64,000 bases of DNA from Alphaproteobacteria bacterium. Lineage in GTDB: Bacteria; Pseudomonadota; Alphaproteobacteria; Rs-D84. Positions 8,541 to 19,130 of the stretch are shown piece by piece (position 1 is the stretch's first letter; each line of letters begins with the position of its first letter). The notes beneath the pieces were generated by a model. That model worked only from the letters and a program-made list of their open reading frames with translations, did not search any database and was not told the DNA's origin. Position numbers and translations under genes: made by a program. The DNA lies in assembly GCA_017546265.1 (NCBI GenBank), contig JAFYXG010000012.1, positions 146,359 to 210,358 on the forward strand, given 5' to 3'.

Positions 8541-9725
8541 ATGGCAAGGGATAAGTATATTTCGGTCAGTAATCGGGTCAGTGGATTTTCATTTGCAAAT
8601 CTGGGATTGTTTACAGGATTTGCAGATGGTATTTATAATGCTGTGTATTCGTTGGTTATCCTGGAAATCTTCAGGTCATCTGCAACGGTTGGTGTTTATG
8701 TTGCTATTTATTCGGCCTTTTGTTTCATTGTAGGACTGTTCGCAAATGAAATATTCAGACGTTTTTCCAAGGTGCGGGTGTTCTTTTTCGTTTTAATGAT
8801 GTTGGCTGTTTGCTATGCCATGATGAGTTTTTCGGTGCTGCCACGGACGTTCATTATTTTGGATTTTACAACAGGAATTGCAGCAACGTTGGTTGGAATG
8901 CTGATACCGTTGTTCATGTCTGATTTTTCAAAAAATATCGGTATGGCACGTTTAAATGCACGGTATCATTTGTGGATAAATGTTGGGGCTGTGTTCGCAC
9001 CAACTGTGGCCGTTGCAATCGCAAATCAGTTCGGAAATAGGGCTGCGTTCTTTGCGTCTGCGGTTATATATTTGGCTGCATGGGGGGTGTTTAAGTATTT
9101 TAAAATTGTTCAACAGGATAAAAAAATTAGTCCTGTCAATCCAAATAAAACTTTTCGGGCATTGTGGAAAAATGCTGTTCAGTTTTTTCGATTGCAGGGT
9201 ATGGTACGTGCGTATGTTGTGAATTTTGGATACTATTTTCTGCGGGCAATGCGTGTGCTGTATGTGCCAATTGTTGTAATCGAAAACGGGTTTTCAAAAG
9301 ATGCGTTGGGGTGGGTGTTGACTTTGGGAATTATTCCGTATTTGTTATTAAGTGAAGCAATGGGACGGGCCGTGCGAAAGTATGGTAAAAAATTATGGCT
9401 GATTTTGGGATTTGGGTCGTTCGCAGTATTGTCTGCTATGGCAACAGTAATGACAGGGGTGCCGTTGCTGATGATTTTTGTGGCATGGCAAATTTCTGGT
9501 GCGTTGATGGAATCTGTGCATGATTTGTTGTTTTTTGACGGGACAAAAAAATCCCAACAAACCAAATATTATGGTGTGTTCAGAACCAGTGCAAATCTGC
9601 CAAATATTTTTGCACCAATTTTGGGGGCAGCGGTTATTACTGTGTTTGGAGCAACGCATGCTGTTTGGGCGTTGACCGCCGTTTGTGGTGTGCTTAGCGT
9701 GATTGTGTTGACAGCCAGAAAGTGA
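8541..9725 (+). CDS. MFS-type membrane transporter
   Basis: 394 aa, ~12 hydrophobic segments, MFS-like loop motifs. Confidence 0.65.
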   Translation: MARDKYISVSNRVSGFSFANLGLFTGFADGIYNAVYSLVILEIFRSSATVGVYVAIYSAFCFIVGLFANEIFRRFSKVRVFFFVLMMLAVCYAMMSFSVLPRTFIILDFTTGIAATLVGMLIPLFMSDFSKNIGMARLNARYHLWINVGAVFAPTVAVAIANQFGNRAAFFASAVIYLAAWGVFKYFKIVQQDKKISPVNPNKTFRALWKNAVQFFRLQGMVRAYVVNFGYYFLRAMRVLYVPIVVIENGFSKDALGWVLTLGIIPYLLLSEAMGRAVRKYGKKLWLILGFGSFAVLSAMATVMTGVPLLMIFVAWQISGALMESVHDLLFFDGTKKSQQTKYYGVFRTSANLPNIFAPILGAAVITVFGATHAVWALTAVCGVLSVIVLTARK

Positions 9726-9783
9726 TACTTGCATTTCAGGGTTTTTCTGTGTATGATTTTCTTGAAATCAAAGGGGAAAGTAT

Positions 9784-10863
9784 ATGGCAAAGAAAGATAC
9801 AGCCAAAGAAGCAGTGACAGGTGGCAAAAATCCTGCATTGGAATCTGCGTTGGCACAAATTCAAAAGCAATTCGGTAAAGAAGCAATTATGAAAATGGGG
9901 GATGGGTCCCAACAAACAATCGAAGCGATTTCATCTGGCTCGTTGGGGTTGGATATTGCGTTGGGAATCGGTGGATACCCAAAGGGACGTATCGTGGAAA
10001 TCTATGGCCCAGAAAGCTCAGGTAAAACAACGTTGGCATTGCATGCGGTCGCAGAATCTCAGAAAAAAGGGGGGACATGTGCCTATATCGATGCGGAAAA
10101 TGCTTTGGATCCGTATTATGCAAAAAAATTGGGCGTAGATGTGGCTAATCTGATTATCTCTCAGCCAGATTCAGGTGAACAGGCATTGGAAATCGCAGAT
10201 ACATTGATTAAGTCTGGGGCGGTTGATGTAGTGGTTATCGATTCTGTGGCCGCTTTGGTGCCTAAGGCCGAGTTAGAAGGGAATATTGGTGATTCTTTTG
10301 TGGGAACAACCGCTCGATTGATGAGTCAGTCTTTGAAAAAGTTGGCAGGGTCGGTGTCTCGCAGTAATACACTGTTAATCTTTATTAACCAGATTCGTAT
10401 GAAGATTGGTGTTATGTTTGGAAATCCAGAAACAACATCTGGTGGTAATGCGTTAAAGTTCTATGCGTCTGTGCGTTTGGATGTCAGACGGACAGGGTCG
10501 ATTAAGGATAAAGAGGAAGTACTGGGGAATGAAACACGTGTAAAGGTGGTCAAGAATAAAGTTGCACCTCCATTCCGTACGGTTGATTTTAAGATTATGT
10601 ATGGCGAAGGTATTTCGCGGGTCAGTGAAATCCTGGATATGGGGGTGAAATATGACCTGATTGAAAAAGCTGGCAGTTTTTATTCCTATAACAGTGAACG
10701 TATGGGACAGGGCGAAAATAATGCACGACAATGGTTAAAAGACAGACCAAATGTTCAGCAGGAACTGTTAGACAAGATTATGGCTCGTGCCGCTGGTATT
10801 GCCGAAGAAATGACAACGGGTCCAATCGACGATGATGACGATGCGGTTGGCGTGGAAGAATAA
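9784..10863 (+). CDS. recA: Recombinase RecA
   Basis: GPESSGKTT Walker A, conserved L1/L2 regions, 359 aa. Confidence 0.95.
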   Translation: MAKKDTAKEAVTGGKNPALESALAQIQKQFGKEAIMKMGDGSQQTIEAISSGSLGLDIALGIGGYPKGRIVEIYGPESSGKTTLALHAVAESQKKGGTCAYIDAENALDPYYAKKLGVDVANLIISQPDSGEQALEIADTLIKSGAVDVVVIDSVAALVPKAELEGNIGDSFVGTTARLMSQSLKKLAGSVSRSNTLLIFINQIRMKIGVMFGNPETTSGGNALKFYASVRLDVRRTGSIKDKEEVLGNETRVKVVKNKVAPPFRTVDFKIMYGEGISRVSEILDMGVKYDLIEKAGSFYSYNSERMGQGENNARQWLKDRPNVQQELLDKIMARAAGIAEEMTTGPIDDDDDAVGVEE

Positions 10864-11011
10864 AACAAAAGGAGTGTATTATGCGTGAAACAGAATACAT
10901 TTATCGAAAGATAAAAAAAGAATCAGATGAATGGTAGGTATTTAATCCCCGGTCGGTGTGTGCTTGGCTGGGGATTAGTTGTCAGATATAACAACAAAAA
11001 AAGGAAATGAA

Positions 11012-11908
11012 ATGAATATATCGCGTATGTGGGCAATGACAAAAATTGTTGTGCAGGGACATATTTTAAACTGGTTTTGGCGGGACAGAAAACACAGACG
11101 TATAGTTCGCAGTGCTGTTATAGAACGTGAAATTCCAAAATATTTTGAAAGATATTTACCCGCCGCCGCCGCAATCAAAGAACGCAAGGTTGTTAATAAC
11201 GATAAAAACGATAAAATATTTTCGTTGTGGTTGCAGGGCGAAGAAAATGCCCCAGAATTGGTTAAGGCATGTTTCCGCAGTGTCAGACGACACTGTAAAC
11301 AGGAATTGGTGGTGTTGGACGAAAAGACTGTGTTTGACTATATTACACTGCCAGATGTGATTATGAAAAAAAGAAAGCAGGGTAAAATATCTCATGCACA
11401 TTTTGCAGATATTTGTCGTGTGGAACTGTTGTACAATCATGGTGGATATTGGTTGGATTCAACTGGATTTGTGACTGAACCGATTCCTGAATGGATCGAA
11501 AAGGAAGATTTCTTTGTCTATATGGCTGGACAAAATGTCGGCAGTCCGTACAGTTATATGCAGAACTGTTTTATTCGTTCACGTAAAGGGGCATATTTGC
11601 TGGATGCGTGGCGGGCGATGATTTTGGATTATTGGATGAATGAAAACAGATGCTTTGATTATTTTATGCATCAGTTGCTGTTCAAAACAATGGTGATGAA
11701 TGACCCGCGTGCAAAAAAGCACTTTGCAAAAATGCCGCATGTTGACCAAGATCCAACACATGCTTTGTGGTGGGCATATCACGATAAAACGTATAATAAA
11801 GAAGAGTTTGAACGGGTGACCAGTGGGGCCTTCTTTCAAAAGACAACATATCATCAGGCCAAAAATCCAAAGCAGGGAACTGTGGCGGCCGAAATGTTGA
11901 AAATGTAA
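11012..11908 (+). CDS. Capsular-polysaccharide-synthesis family glycosyltransferase (Caps_synth / GT32-like)
   Basis: LWLQGEENAPELVKAC and HFADICRVELLYNHGGYWLDSTG motifs typical of PF05704; RBS aaggaaa; an upstream in-frame TTG start is possible. Confidence 0.55.
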   Translation: MNISRMWAMTKIVVQGHILNWFWRDRKHRRIVRSAVIEREIPKYFERYLPAAAAIKERKVVNNDKNDKIFSLWLQGEENAPELVKACFRSVRRHCKQELVVLDEKTVFDYITLPDVIMKKRKQGKISHAHFADICRVELLYNHGGYWLDSTGFVTEPIPEWIEKEDFFVYMAGQNVGSPYSYMQNCFIRSRKGAYLLDAWRAMILDYWMNENRCFDYFMHQLLFKTMVMNDPRAKKHFAKMPHVDQDPTHALWWAYHDKTYNKEEFERVTSGAFFQKTTYHQAKNPKQGTVAAEMLKM

Positions 11909-11928
11909 AGAATAAAAAAGGATGGATT

Positions 11929-12702
11929 ATGCCGGTCGTTTCGGTCGTTGTTCCAGTTTATAAGGTTGAAAAGTATTTGAAGCGTTGTTTGGATTGTTTG
12001 CTGAATCAGACGTTTGATGATTGGCAGGCGATTTGTATAGATGACGGCAGTCCAGATAAGTCGCCCGCAATACTGGATGAATATGCTGCACGGGATAATC
12101 GCTTTGTGGTTATTCATAAACAGAATGCTGGGGTGTCTGCCGCCAGAAATGATGGTATTAAATTGGCAACAGGAAAATTTATTCAATTCTTGGATGCTGA
12201 TGATTGGGTGGATTCTGGATATTTAGAGCAGATGGTCGCAATTGCAGAAAAGTATCAATCTGATATGGTGGTGTCTGGATTTGTCAGCGATAATAAATAT
12301 ACAAAAACTATTGTTTATCAAAAGGAACGTGTGGGGCGGACAATCTGGGAAAAGCTAAGACATTCGTTCGCATTGACAGACTCTTATGTGTGGCGATATC
12401 TGTTCCGTGCAGATTTTATTCGGAAAAATAATCTGGAATTTAATACGGGATTGATTGCCCAGGAAGATACTTTGTTTGTCTTGGATGCAATTGCCATAGC
12501 AAATATGGTGGTGACTGTGCCAGGAGTAAACTATCATTATATGTTTAATGAAAATTCAGCATTAAATTCAAGGGGGGCAGAACACCGAGCCAAGGTGAAA
12601 ATGCAATATCAAATTGGTAAAAAATACAGACGTGATTTTGCAAAAAAGTACGGGGTTATGGGACTGTGGAGATTTAGAAAAATATTAAATCTGTTCAGAT
12701 AA
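11929..12702 (+). CDS. Family 2 glycosyltransferase
   Basis: VVVPVYKVEKYLKRCLDSLLNQT...DDGSPD...FLDADD: classic GT2 N-terminal signature. Confidence 0.8.
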   Translation: MPVVSVVVPVYKVEKYLKRCLDCLLNQTFDDWQAICIDDGSPDKSPAILDEYAARDNRFVVIHKQNAGVSAARNDGIKLATGKFIQFLDADDWVDSGYLEQMVAIAEKYQSDMVVSGFVSDNKYTKTIVYQKERVGRTIWEKLRHSFALTDSYVWRYLFRADFIRKNNLEFNTGLIAQEDTLFVLDAIAIANMVVTVPGVNYHYMFNENSALNSRGAEHRAKVKMQYQIGKKYRRDFAKKYGVMGLWRFRKILNLFR

Positions 12703-12718
12703 AAAAAGGAGGAAATAG

Positions 12719-13747
12719 ATGCCTGCAATTTCTGTGATTATTCCAATCTATAATGTTGAAAAATTCCTGAGAAGATGCTTGGAAAGTGTTCAAAATCAGA
12801 CGTTCCAAAACTGGGAGGCGATTTGTGTCAATGATGGTAGTCCAGATAACAGTGCACAGATAGTCAAGGAATTTGCCGACAAAGATAAACGATTTAAGCT
12901 GGTAAACAAGGAAAATGGTGGATTATCAGATGCCAGAAATGTCGGTATGCAGCACGCAACTGGAGAATATATTTTGTATCTGGATAGTGATGATTTTATT
13001 CACCCACAGACCATGGCGATAACTTATCATCTGGCAAAGCGAGACGGAACAGATATCGTGGCGTTTACATATGACAGAATATACAGACCACAGTTAATGG
13101 TGCGACATTTTCTGAAATTGGATACAGATAATGTTATCCCAAAACGTATAAATAAAAAATATAACCTGGATAAAATACCAACACTGATTACAGATGATGT
13201 TTATGCGTTCGCAACAGAACGTATGCTAAATGTCCCACGCAAGAAAAAGAAATGGATGATAAAACACTGTCAGGTGTGGAAACATCTTTATAAGAAATCA
13301 CTGATAGAAGATATTCCGTATATAAAGGGGATTTTGTTCGAGGACTTTCCATGGTGGAGCGAGGTTATGCTGCGTAATCCACGGGTTACGATTACTAATT
13401 TGCCATTGTATTTCTATGTGCCAAACTTTGGTGGAATTGTGTTAAGTGCTAAACAGTTAAAGATTATGAAAAGTTTGTGTGTGGGATTAAATTCTGCATA
13501 TAAGGTATATCAGGAAAATGCCACACCGTATCAAATGCAAATGTGGTCTGAAAATTTTCAGTGGTATTTTATAGAAAAAGCATTTAGTAAAATTAAATAT
13601 TTGGACGGCGATGATGATGTGGCAATCGCGTGTGAATGTTTCCGTGAACTGGAACGTAATGGGGTGCTGGACAGGCCGCCATATAAATGGGCTGCAAAAC
13701 TGCGAAATGATATTTGCTGTTTATTGCATCAGTGCAAGTGTGAATAA
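12719..13747 (+). CDS. Family 2 glycosyltransferase (second copy)
   Basis: VIIPIYNVEKFLRRCLESVQNQT...NDGSPD...YLDSDD. Confidence 0.8.
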   Translation: MPAISVIIPIYNVEKFLRRCLESVQNQTFQNWEAICVNDGSPDNSAQIVKEFADKDKRFKLVNKENGGLSDARNVGMQHATGEYILYLDSDDFIHPQTMAITYHLAKRDGTDIVAFTYDRIYRPQLMVRHFLKLDTDNVIPKRINKKYNLDKIPTLITDDVYAFATERMLNVPRKKKKWMIKHCQVWKHLYKKSLIEDIPYIKGILFEDFPWWSEVMLRNPRVTITNLPLYFYVPNFGGIVLSAKQLKIMKSLCVGLNSAYKVYQENATPYQMQMWSENFQWYFIEKAFSKIKYLDGDDDVAIACECFRELERNGVLDRPPYKWAAKLRNDICCLLHQCKCE

Positions 13748-13749
13748 AA

Positions 13750-13780
13750 AGTCCCCCAAAAAAAGGGGGGACTTTATTTT
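13750..13780. terminator. Bidirectional terminator (agtccccc-A7-gggggact) between GT2(+) and the Stealth gene(-)
   Basis: Hairpin with flanking A- and T-runs. Confidence 0.6.
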
Positions 13781-14787
13781 TCAAATGTACTTTTGTTTGG
13801 AAAGCGTTCCTGCATAAAACGGGCATTGTTTTCCAGGGTTTTATCGTCTGTGTCCGCAGAATCGTTTATACAGAATATTGGTGCACGCAATATTGCGTTG
13901 CGGCCAGATACTGTGTCCATGCAATAAACAGGGGAATTCTTTATCTGAAATGCAAACAGGGTATTATAAATGGCATCTGTAAATTTGTGACGTGTGAACT
14001 TTCGTGCACGTGAATGTATAAAGCGGGCACGACCATGTACCAAATCATACAGATTAAATAACCAACGTTGAACCTCGGTATTGGTGCGGAATTTGTTAAA
14101 TATCTGTGCATCTATTTGTGGGGCGATTTTTTCGTGTGTGCGACATTCTATCCAAGATGATTTTATGTATGGGTCAACCCCATGTGATGGACGGTACTTA
14201 TATACGTTGCGACCAAATACACGATGGATAAATTCCGCAGATAAAATCAGTGTTTGATTATATTCGTCAACGCGCGATTTCCATTGTTCTATGTTGTTGG
14301 TGCGGCCCGAATGATTGCTGAAACGGACAAGGGCACGGCCGTGACGATCAAAGAAAAAACAGGGCTTTAACGGGCGGTTAAAAAACAAATCGTCATTCAT
14401 CAGTAAAAAGTGTTCCGATAACCCAGGAATGTTCTGTATGCACATTTCAATCGCCGTGGCATTAAAGGTCGGCAGGGCACCAGATGGAAATATCTGTTCG
14501 TGGGGAACAATTGTAATTTTTGGGTGGTTGGTGTCTAGCCATTCTGGAATTTGACCAAATCCAGTAATAATATAAATGTGGTTTACCCAGGGAACAAACT
14601 GTTCAACACTGCGAAGCGAATATCGCAGTTCACCATTGTCTCGCCAACGAGCTTCGACTGCGGCATCGCGATAGACAGGTTTTTCACCCTTGATAATTTC
14701 TAGCCATTTATCTTTCTGGGCACGCCATGCTTTGTCGCCACCGTCAACCCATAAGTATACTAAGTCTATTTTAATGTCGTTCTTCAT
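13774..14787 (-). CDS. Stealth-family capsular polysaccharide phosphotransferase (hexose-1-phosphoryltransferase)
   Basis: CR1 DLVYLWVDGGD, CR2 ELRYSLRSV, CR3 LLMNDDLFF; 337 aa. Confidence 0.8.
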   Translation of the reverse strand: MKNDIKIDLVYLWVDGGDKAWRAQKDKWLEIIKGEKPVYRDAAVEARWRDNGELRYSLRSVEQFVPWVNHIYIITGFGQIPEWLDTNHPKITIVPHEQIFPSGALPTFNATAIEMCIQNIPGLSEHFLLMNDDLFFNRPLKPCFFFDRHGRALVRFSNHSGRTNNIEQWKSRVDEYNQTLILSAEFIHRVFGRNVYKYRPSHGVDPYIKSSWIECRTHEKIAPQIDAQIFNKFRTNTEVQRWLFNLYDLVHGRARFIHSRARKFTRHKFTDAIYNTLFAFQIKNSPVYCMDTVSGRNAILRAPIFCINDSADTDDKTLENNARFMQERFPNKSTFEK

Positions 14788-14793
14788 GGTGTG

Positions 14794-15627
14794 TTAAACC
14801 CCCGATTTTATAAAACGTGTTGGTATTTTTACTATGCGTTTAATCCTAAGCATACCAGGTTTGTCCAATGCGTATATCGGACGAAATATTCGCTGCATAA
14901 TGCGCGCAATTTTCAACCATCTTTCACCATAAGCAGGGCGGTTGGTTACATCGTTTATTGTCCCGTTCCCACGCCGCCGAAGGTGATTGACCCAGTCGGG
15001 ACCCCGGGATGCAGCCTTGGTCACCAGCATGTCCATATCAACAGCGCCAAAATGCAATAAGTATAAATTGGGGTCAATGTGAAAATTATGGCCGCGTATG
15101 CTGTGGAAACCGCTGCCCCAGGAAACAGGTTTGTTTATAACAACCGGTTTTGTATATCGGGTCGATAACAGAGCATAACTGCGTTGGGGTAAAAATGGCT
15201 TAGATGTGTCCAGTGGCTCTTCGTGGGTCATATGTTGCCCAACGTCCAGACCCAAGCCAGATAGTGTCGTTTTTATGTCACGTGATGACAGATATTCTGA
15301 TAATGATATGTTCAGTGCTGGATCTACTATTAAAAATTCATCACAATCACAGCCAATAACCAGGTCATAGCCGTCCGAAAATAACTGTGATGCCAAATCT
15401 GATATCAGCCCAATTCGGTATTTGTCGCCCGCAGCACGAGTCATGTCTTGGTGTGGTAATTTTGTTATGTGAGCATTATTTGCGTTTTCTGGAATGGTTT
15501 GGTCTGTGCCGTCTAAGTATATATACAGGTTTTCTGTGCCAAACTCACGGCCGTAATATTCTATCCATCGGGACAGAAAGAATTCATCGTTACGAGCCAT
15601 GGTTATTGCTGCAATGCGTTTTTTCAT
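14794..15627 (-). CDS. GT2-like glycosyltransferase (Glyco_tranf_2_4 / PF13704 type)
   Basis: N-terminal MARNDEFFLSRWIEYY...LYIYLDGTDQT signature. Confidence 0.55.
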   Translation of the reverse strand: MKKRIAAITMARNDEFFLSRWIEYYGREFGTENLYIYLDGTDQTIPENANNAHITKLPHQDMTRAAGDKYRIGLISDLASQLFSDGYDLVIGCDCDEFLIVDPALNISLSEYLSSRDIKTTLSGLGLDVGQHMTHEEPLDTSKPFLPQRSYALLSTRYTKPVVINKPVSWGSGFHSIRGHNFHIDPNLYLLHFGAVDMDMLVTKAASRGPDWVNHLRRRGNGTINDVTNRPAYGERWLKIARIMQRIFRPIYALDKPGMLRIKRIVKIPTRFIKSGV

Positions 15628-15629
15628 GT

Positions 15630-16514
15630 TCAGATTCCTTTGATAAAGAATTTATACAGTGCATATCGAATGTGACGAAATCCAGAACGAAGTGGATTAA
15701 GCGTCAGAAGCCAATCTACGTGTTGGGTACCGTATTGGGCACGGGCAGACTCCAATATTATTTCACGTAAGTCCGGTGATAATTTGTTCAAAACGTACAG
15801 AATCTGACGGCCAAGAGCACCATAATGACGATCAAATGCAACTTTTTTCATAAAGGGCATGCGGACATTGTATAGATGTTTTATCTTGTTATAAACACCG
15901 CGATTGTGGACGGAATACATACATTTCCAACGTAAACCATGGGCGGTTATCATTTTTGAAAATCCTAGTTCATAAACACGGGTAATGGTGCCTTTGTTTT
16001 TTTGCTTGGTTATACCACGCATGAATTCATCGTACCATGAGGACAAGAATACGGTCGGGTGCATACCAATAAACCAGGATTGAATATGGGCCTTGGTCTG
16101 GTGAGGTTTTTGCACCATGCCGAACGCATCAACGTGATATGATTCAATTTCATGGAAATATGGTGCTATATCAAAAAATGGGCCATAAACGGAATCGTTT
16201 ACCATGTATACAAAATCGTAGTCCGATAATTTTAGATTTTCTGTTGCCCAAATGTATGCCCGCTTGTAAGAGCCAAAGTCATATTCACCATGACGGTTCC
16301 CCGATGCGTACAGGCAATACGGGCGAACACGGGATAACTCGGATTCAGAACAGTCAGAATCCATAACCAGGATGATATCACCAAATTCAGATAGTGAACG
16401 TATGTAATATAACAGGGCAGAATCTATAACCCCAGATGCGTTATAGCCCGCAAATAAAAATAATCGTTTTGGTTTCATATCATATAATGTACATGTTTTA
16501 TTGGGAATTTGCAA
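15630..16514 (-). CDS. RgpF-like (rhamnan synthesis protein F family) polysaccharide glycosyltransferase
   Basis: KRLFLFAGYNASGVIDSALLYYIRSLSEFGDIILV resembles the N-terminal RgpF signature; 294 aa. Confidence 0.5.
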   Translation of the reverse strand: MQIPNKTCTLYDMKPKRLFLFAGYNASGVIDSALLYYIRSLSEFGDIILVMDSDCSESELSRVRPYCLYASGNRHGEYDFGSYKRAYIWATENLKLSDYDFVYMVNDSVYGPFFDIAPYFHEIESYHVDAFGMVQKPHQTKAHIQSWFIGMHPTVFLSSWYDEFMRGITKQKNKGTITRVYELGFSKMITAHGLRWKCMYSVHNRGVYNKIKHLYNVRMPFMKKVAFDRHYGALGRQILYVLNKLSPDLREIILESARAQYGTQHVDWLLTLNPLRSGFRHIRYALYKFFIKGI

Positions 16515-16531
16515 CTGTTCACTTTAATATA

Positions 16532-16560
16532 ACAAATGAAAACACCCCGTGATGGGGTGA
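16532..16560 (-). terminator. Terminator of typA (caccccatcacggggtg + T-run on the minus strand)
   Basis: Hairpin at 16543-16559 read on the minus strand. Confidence 0.55.
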
Positions 16561-16567
16561 TTGGAAG

Positions 16568-18415
16568 TTATTCTTCAGTGTGTTTCTTTAATTTCTTGCG
16601 AGTGTTGCTGTCCAGTTCGCGTTTACGCAGGCGGATGGTGTCGGGTGTAATTTCAACCAATTCATCATCCAAGATATAGGACAGTGCTTCTTCCAATGAA
16701 ATTCGGCGTGGCGGTGCCAAGAATAACTTTTCATCGGCTGTGACAGAACGCATGTTGGTTAATTCTTTGCCCTTAATCGGGTTGACTTCCAGGTCGTTTT
16801 CTTTGCTGTGTTCGCCGATAATCATGCCAGAATAAACTTCGGTCTGGGGGTCGATGAATAATGTGCCGCGTGGCTGCAAGTTAAACAGTGCGTATGTCGC
16901 AGCCGAACCTTTTTCCATGGATACCAATACGCCTGGACGATATTGTTGAATTGGACCACGGTATGTGTCGTATTTATCAAAAACACGGTTCATGATGCCT
17001 GTGCCGCGTGTGTCTGTACGGAATTCCGACAAATATCCAATCAATCCACGTGATGGGGCAGAAAATACTATGCGGGTTTTACCACCGCCTGATGCGCGCA
17101 TTTCGGTAATTGTAGCCTTGCGTTTGGTCATCTTTTCAATAACTACACCAGAAAATTCATCATCTACGTCAATTACAACGTCTTCGATTGGTTCCAGTTT
17201 TTCTCCGTTTTCATTTGTCTGCATTACTACGCGTGGACGAGATACCGATAATTCAAAACCTTCGCGGCGCATGGTTTCAATTAAAATGCCCAGTTGTAAT
17301 TCACCACGACCAGATACTTCGAATGCTTCGTTGTTTTCGCTTTGTTCAACCTTTAATGCGATGTTGGTCTCGGCCTCTTTAAATAATCGTTCGCCAATCA
17401 TGCGGGATGTTAACTTTTTACCAGATTTACCAGCCAAGGGTGATGTGTTTACAAAAAATGTCATTGTTAGGGTTGGTGGATCAATTGGCATTGCTGGAAT
17501 TGGTTCTGAAACAGACGGGTCGCACAATGTGTCTGCTACGGTTGCTTTGGAAAAACCCGCTACAACCACAATGTCGCCAGCAGAGGCTGTGTCGCGAGAA
17601 ACTTTTTCAATGCCACGATGCTCGATAATCTTGGTAATCTTGGCGTTTTCAATAAAATCACCGTTGCGGTTTATTGCTTTGACCGATTGGCCAACACGGA
17701 CTGTGCCAGATTCAATCTTGCCAGTCAAAATACGACCTACGTATGGGTCCGCCTCAAGCGTGGTGGCCAACATTGTAAATGGTGCGTCCAATTGGCAGCG
17801 TTCGCCATTGCAATCGGGGGCAGGGACGTGATCTACGATTAACTGGAATAAAGGGGTTAAATCTTTGCGTTCGTCATTTAAGTCTCGTACTGCCCAACCA
17901 TCACGACCAACAGAATATAAATATGGGAAATCTAACTGGGAATCTGTTGCACCTAATTTATCAAACAGGTCAAATGTTTCTGTTAAAACTTCGTCCGGAC
18001 GGGCATCGGCACGGTCAACTTTGTTTATGCAAACGATTGGACGCAGCCCCAGTTTTAATGCCTTGGATAATACAAATTTGGTCTGGGGCAGGGGGCCTTC
18101 GGCACTGTCAACCAATAAGACTACGCCGTCAACCATCGATAAAATACGTTCCACTTCGCCACCAAAGTCTGCGTGGCCCGGTGTGTCAACTATGTTAATC
18201 TTGTAGTCGCCCCATAATACAGATGTGGGTTTGGCGGAAATTGTAATGCCGCGTTCGCGTTCTATGTCGCCACTGTCCATTACGCGTTCATCAACGCGTT
18301 CATTCTCGCGGAAGGTGCCCGCCTGTTTTAACATGTTGTCGACCAATGTGGTTTTGCCGTGGTCTACGTGTGCAATAATTGCAATGTTGCGAATCTTCAT
18401 CTGTTCTGGCCCCAT
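16568..18415 (-). CDS. typA: Translational GTPase TypA/BipA
   Basis: [22 protein letters not shown]-motifs; 615 aa EF-G-like domain order. Confidence 0.95.
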   Translation of the reverse strand: MGPEQMKIRNIAIIAHVDHGKTTLVDNMLKQAGTFRENERVDERVMDSGDIERERGITISAKPTSVLWGDYKINIVDTPGHADFGGEVERILSMVDGVVLLVDSAEGPLPQTKFVLSKALKLGLRPIVCINKVDRADARPDEVLTETFDLFDKLGATDSQLDFPYLYSVGRDGWAVRDLNDERKDLTPLFQLIVDHVPAPDCNGERCQLDAPFTMLATTLEADPYVGRILTGKIESGTVRVGQSVKAINRNGDFIENAKITKIIEHRGIEKVSRDTASAGDIVVVAGFSKATVADTLCDPSVSEPIPAMPIDPPTLTMTFFVNTSPLAGKSGKKLTSRMIGERLFKEAETNIALKVEQSENNEAFEVSGRGELQLGILIETMRREGFELSVSRPRVVMQTNENGEKLEPIEDVVIDVDDEFSGVVIEKMTKRKATITEMRASGGGKTRIVFSAPSRGLIGYLSEFRTDTRGTGIMNRVFDKYDTYRGPIQQYRPGVLVSMEKGSAATYALFNLQPRGTLFIDPQTEVYSGMIIGEHSKENDLEVNPIKGKELTNMRSVTADEKLFLAPPRRISLEEALSYILDDELVEITPDTIRLRKRELDSNTRKKLKKHTEE

Positions 18416-18555
18416 TTTTTTGTTTAATCGGGTACAGGGTATACCTAAAATTATGACTTTTCAACAAAATATACACTTTTTTTATAAAAAAAGTTGACTT
18501 TTATATATTTTTGTCTATCTTTTATAGAGAACAGATAACAAAGGTTTGGTATAAT

Positions 18556-19101
18556 ATGAAAAAAGAATATACAGAGGTAGAAGTTTATGCAGCAATCAAG
18601 TCTGGCTTTACAAATTTGAAAATTTTGGCCAAACAGGATTTGAAAAAACGCTGGAAGAAAATGGAAACTGCGGATAAGTATGATGCGGGGCGTGGCTTGG
18701 TTTATATGGGTGATGTTGCGATGCAGCCAGAAAAACACTTTTCGCGTGCACGGACACAAGATGCCTGGATTGACCGTGCCGAGGCTTTTGCGTTCCGTAA
18801 CAGTTTGGAAAGTGTCGAGTATGCATATTATATTGTCCCGGCACCTCAGCATATTGTTACTGATGCGACACGGGCCGCAATGCGGGGCGAATTATATGGT
18901 GAATATGCACGGTTCTGTGATAGTGTGCAGTCGTGGGAATATGACAGAACTTCGCCAAAGGGTGCGTACAGATGCCTGGCGGAAAAATCTGCGAACGAGA
19001 TTGTGCAGCAATCAAAAAAGTACCAAAAGCTGGTTGATGTTGAATTGGCAAATCCAGTTAAGAAATTTTTTATGGTTTGTTTGAAACAGAAAACAAAATA
19101 A
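18556..19101 (+). CDS. Hypothetical protein (no recognisable domain)
   Basis: ORF with RBS aagg and -10-like tataat upstream; bidirectional terminator downstream. Confidence 0.45.
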   Translation: MKKEYTEVEVYAAIKSGFTNLKILAKQDLKKRWKKMETADKYDAGRGLVYMGDVAMQPEKHFSRARTQDAWIDRAEAFAFRNSLESVEYAYYIVPAPQHIVTDATRAAMRGELYGEYARFCDSVQSWEYDRTSPKGAYRCLAEKSANEIVQQSKKYQKLVDVELANPVKKFFMVCLKQKTK

Positions 19102-19130
19102 AAAAACGCCCGTTTGGGCGTTTCTTTTTT
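19100..19130. terminator. Bidirectional terminator (aacgcccgtttgggcgtt + T-run)
   Basis: Hairpin between convergent genes. Confidence 0.65.

Noticed and set aside
9726-9783. LexA/SOS box upstream of recA
   Set aside because: I could not find a GTTC-N7-GTTC or CTGT-N8-ACAG palindrome in the 58-bp promoter region. Absence would fit a reduced genome lacking lexA, but I cannot assert a site from the sequence.
10864-10978. Small ORF (MRETEYIYRKIKKESDEW, 18 aa) and a large-loop hairpin downstream of recA
   Set aside because: The ORF is too short and has no good RBS. The hairpin shares the aatcccc/ggggatt stem with the terminator family but lacks a T-run. I record it only as part of the terminator-repeat observation.
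16965-17831. 288-aa ORF antisense to typA, plus several other 60-140-aa antisense ORFs inside typA
   Set aside because: typA/BipA is unambiguous on the minus strand. The antisense frames have no RBS and a Ser/Arg-rich composition.
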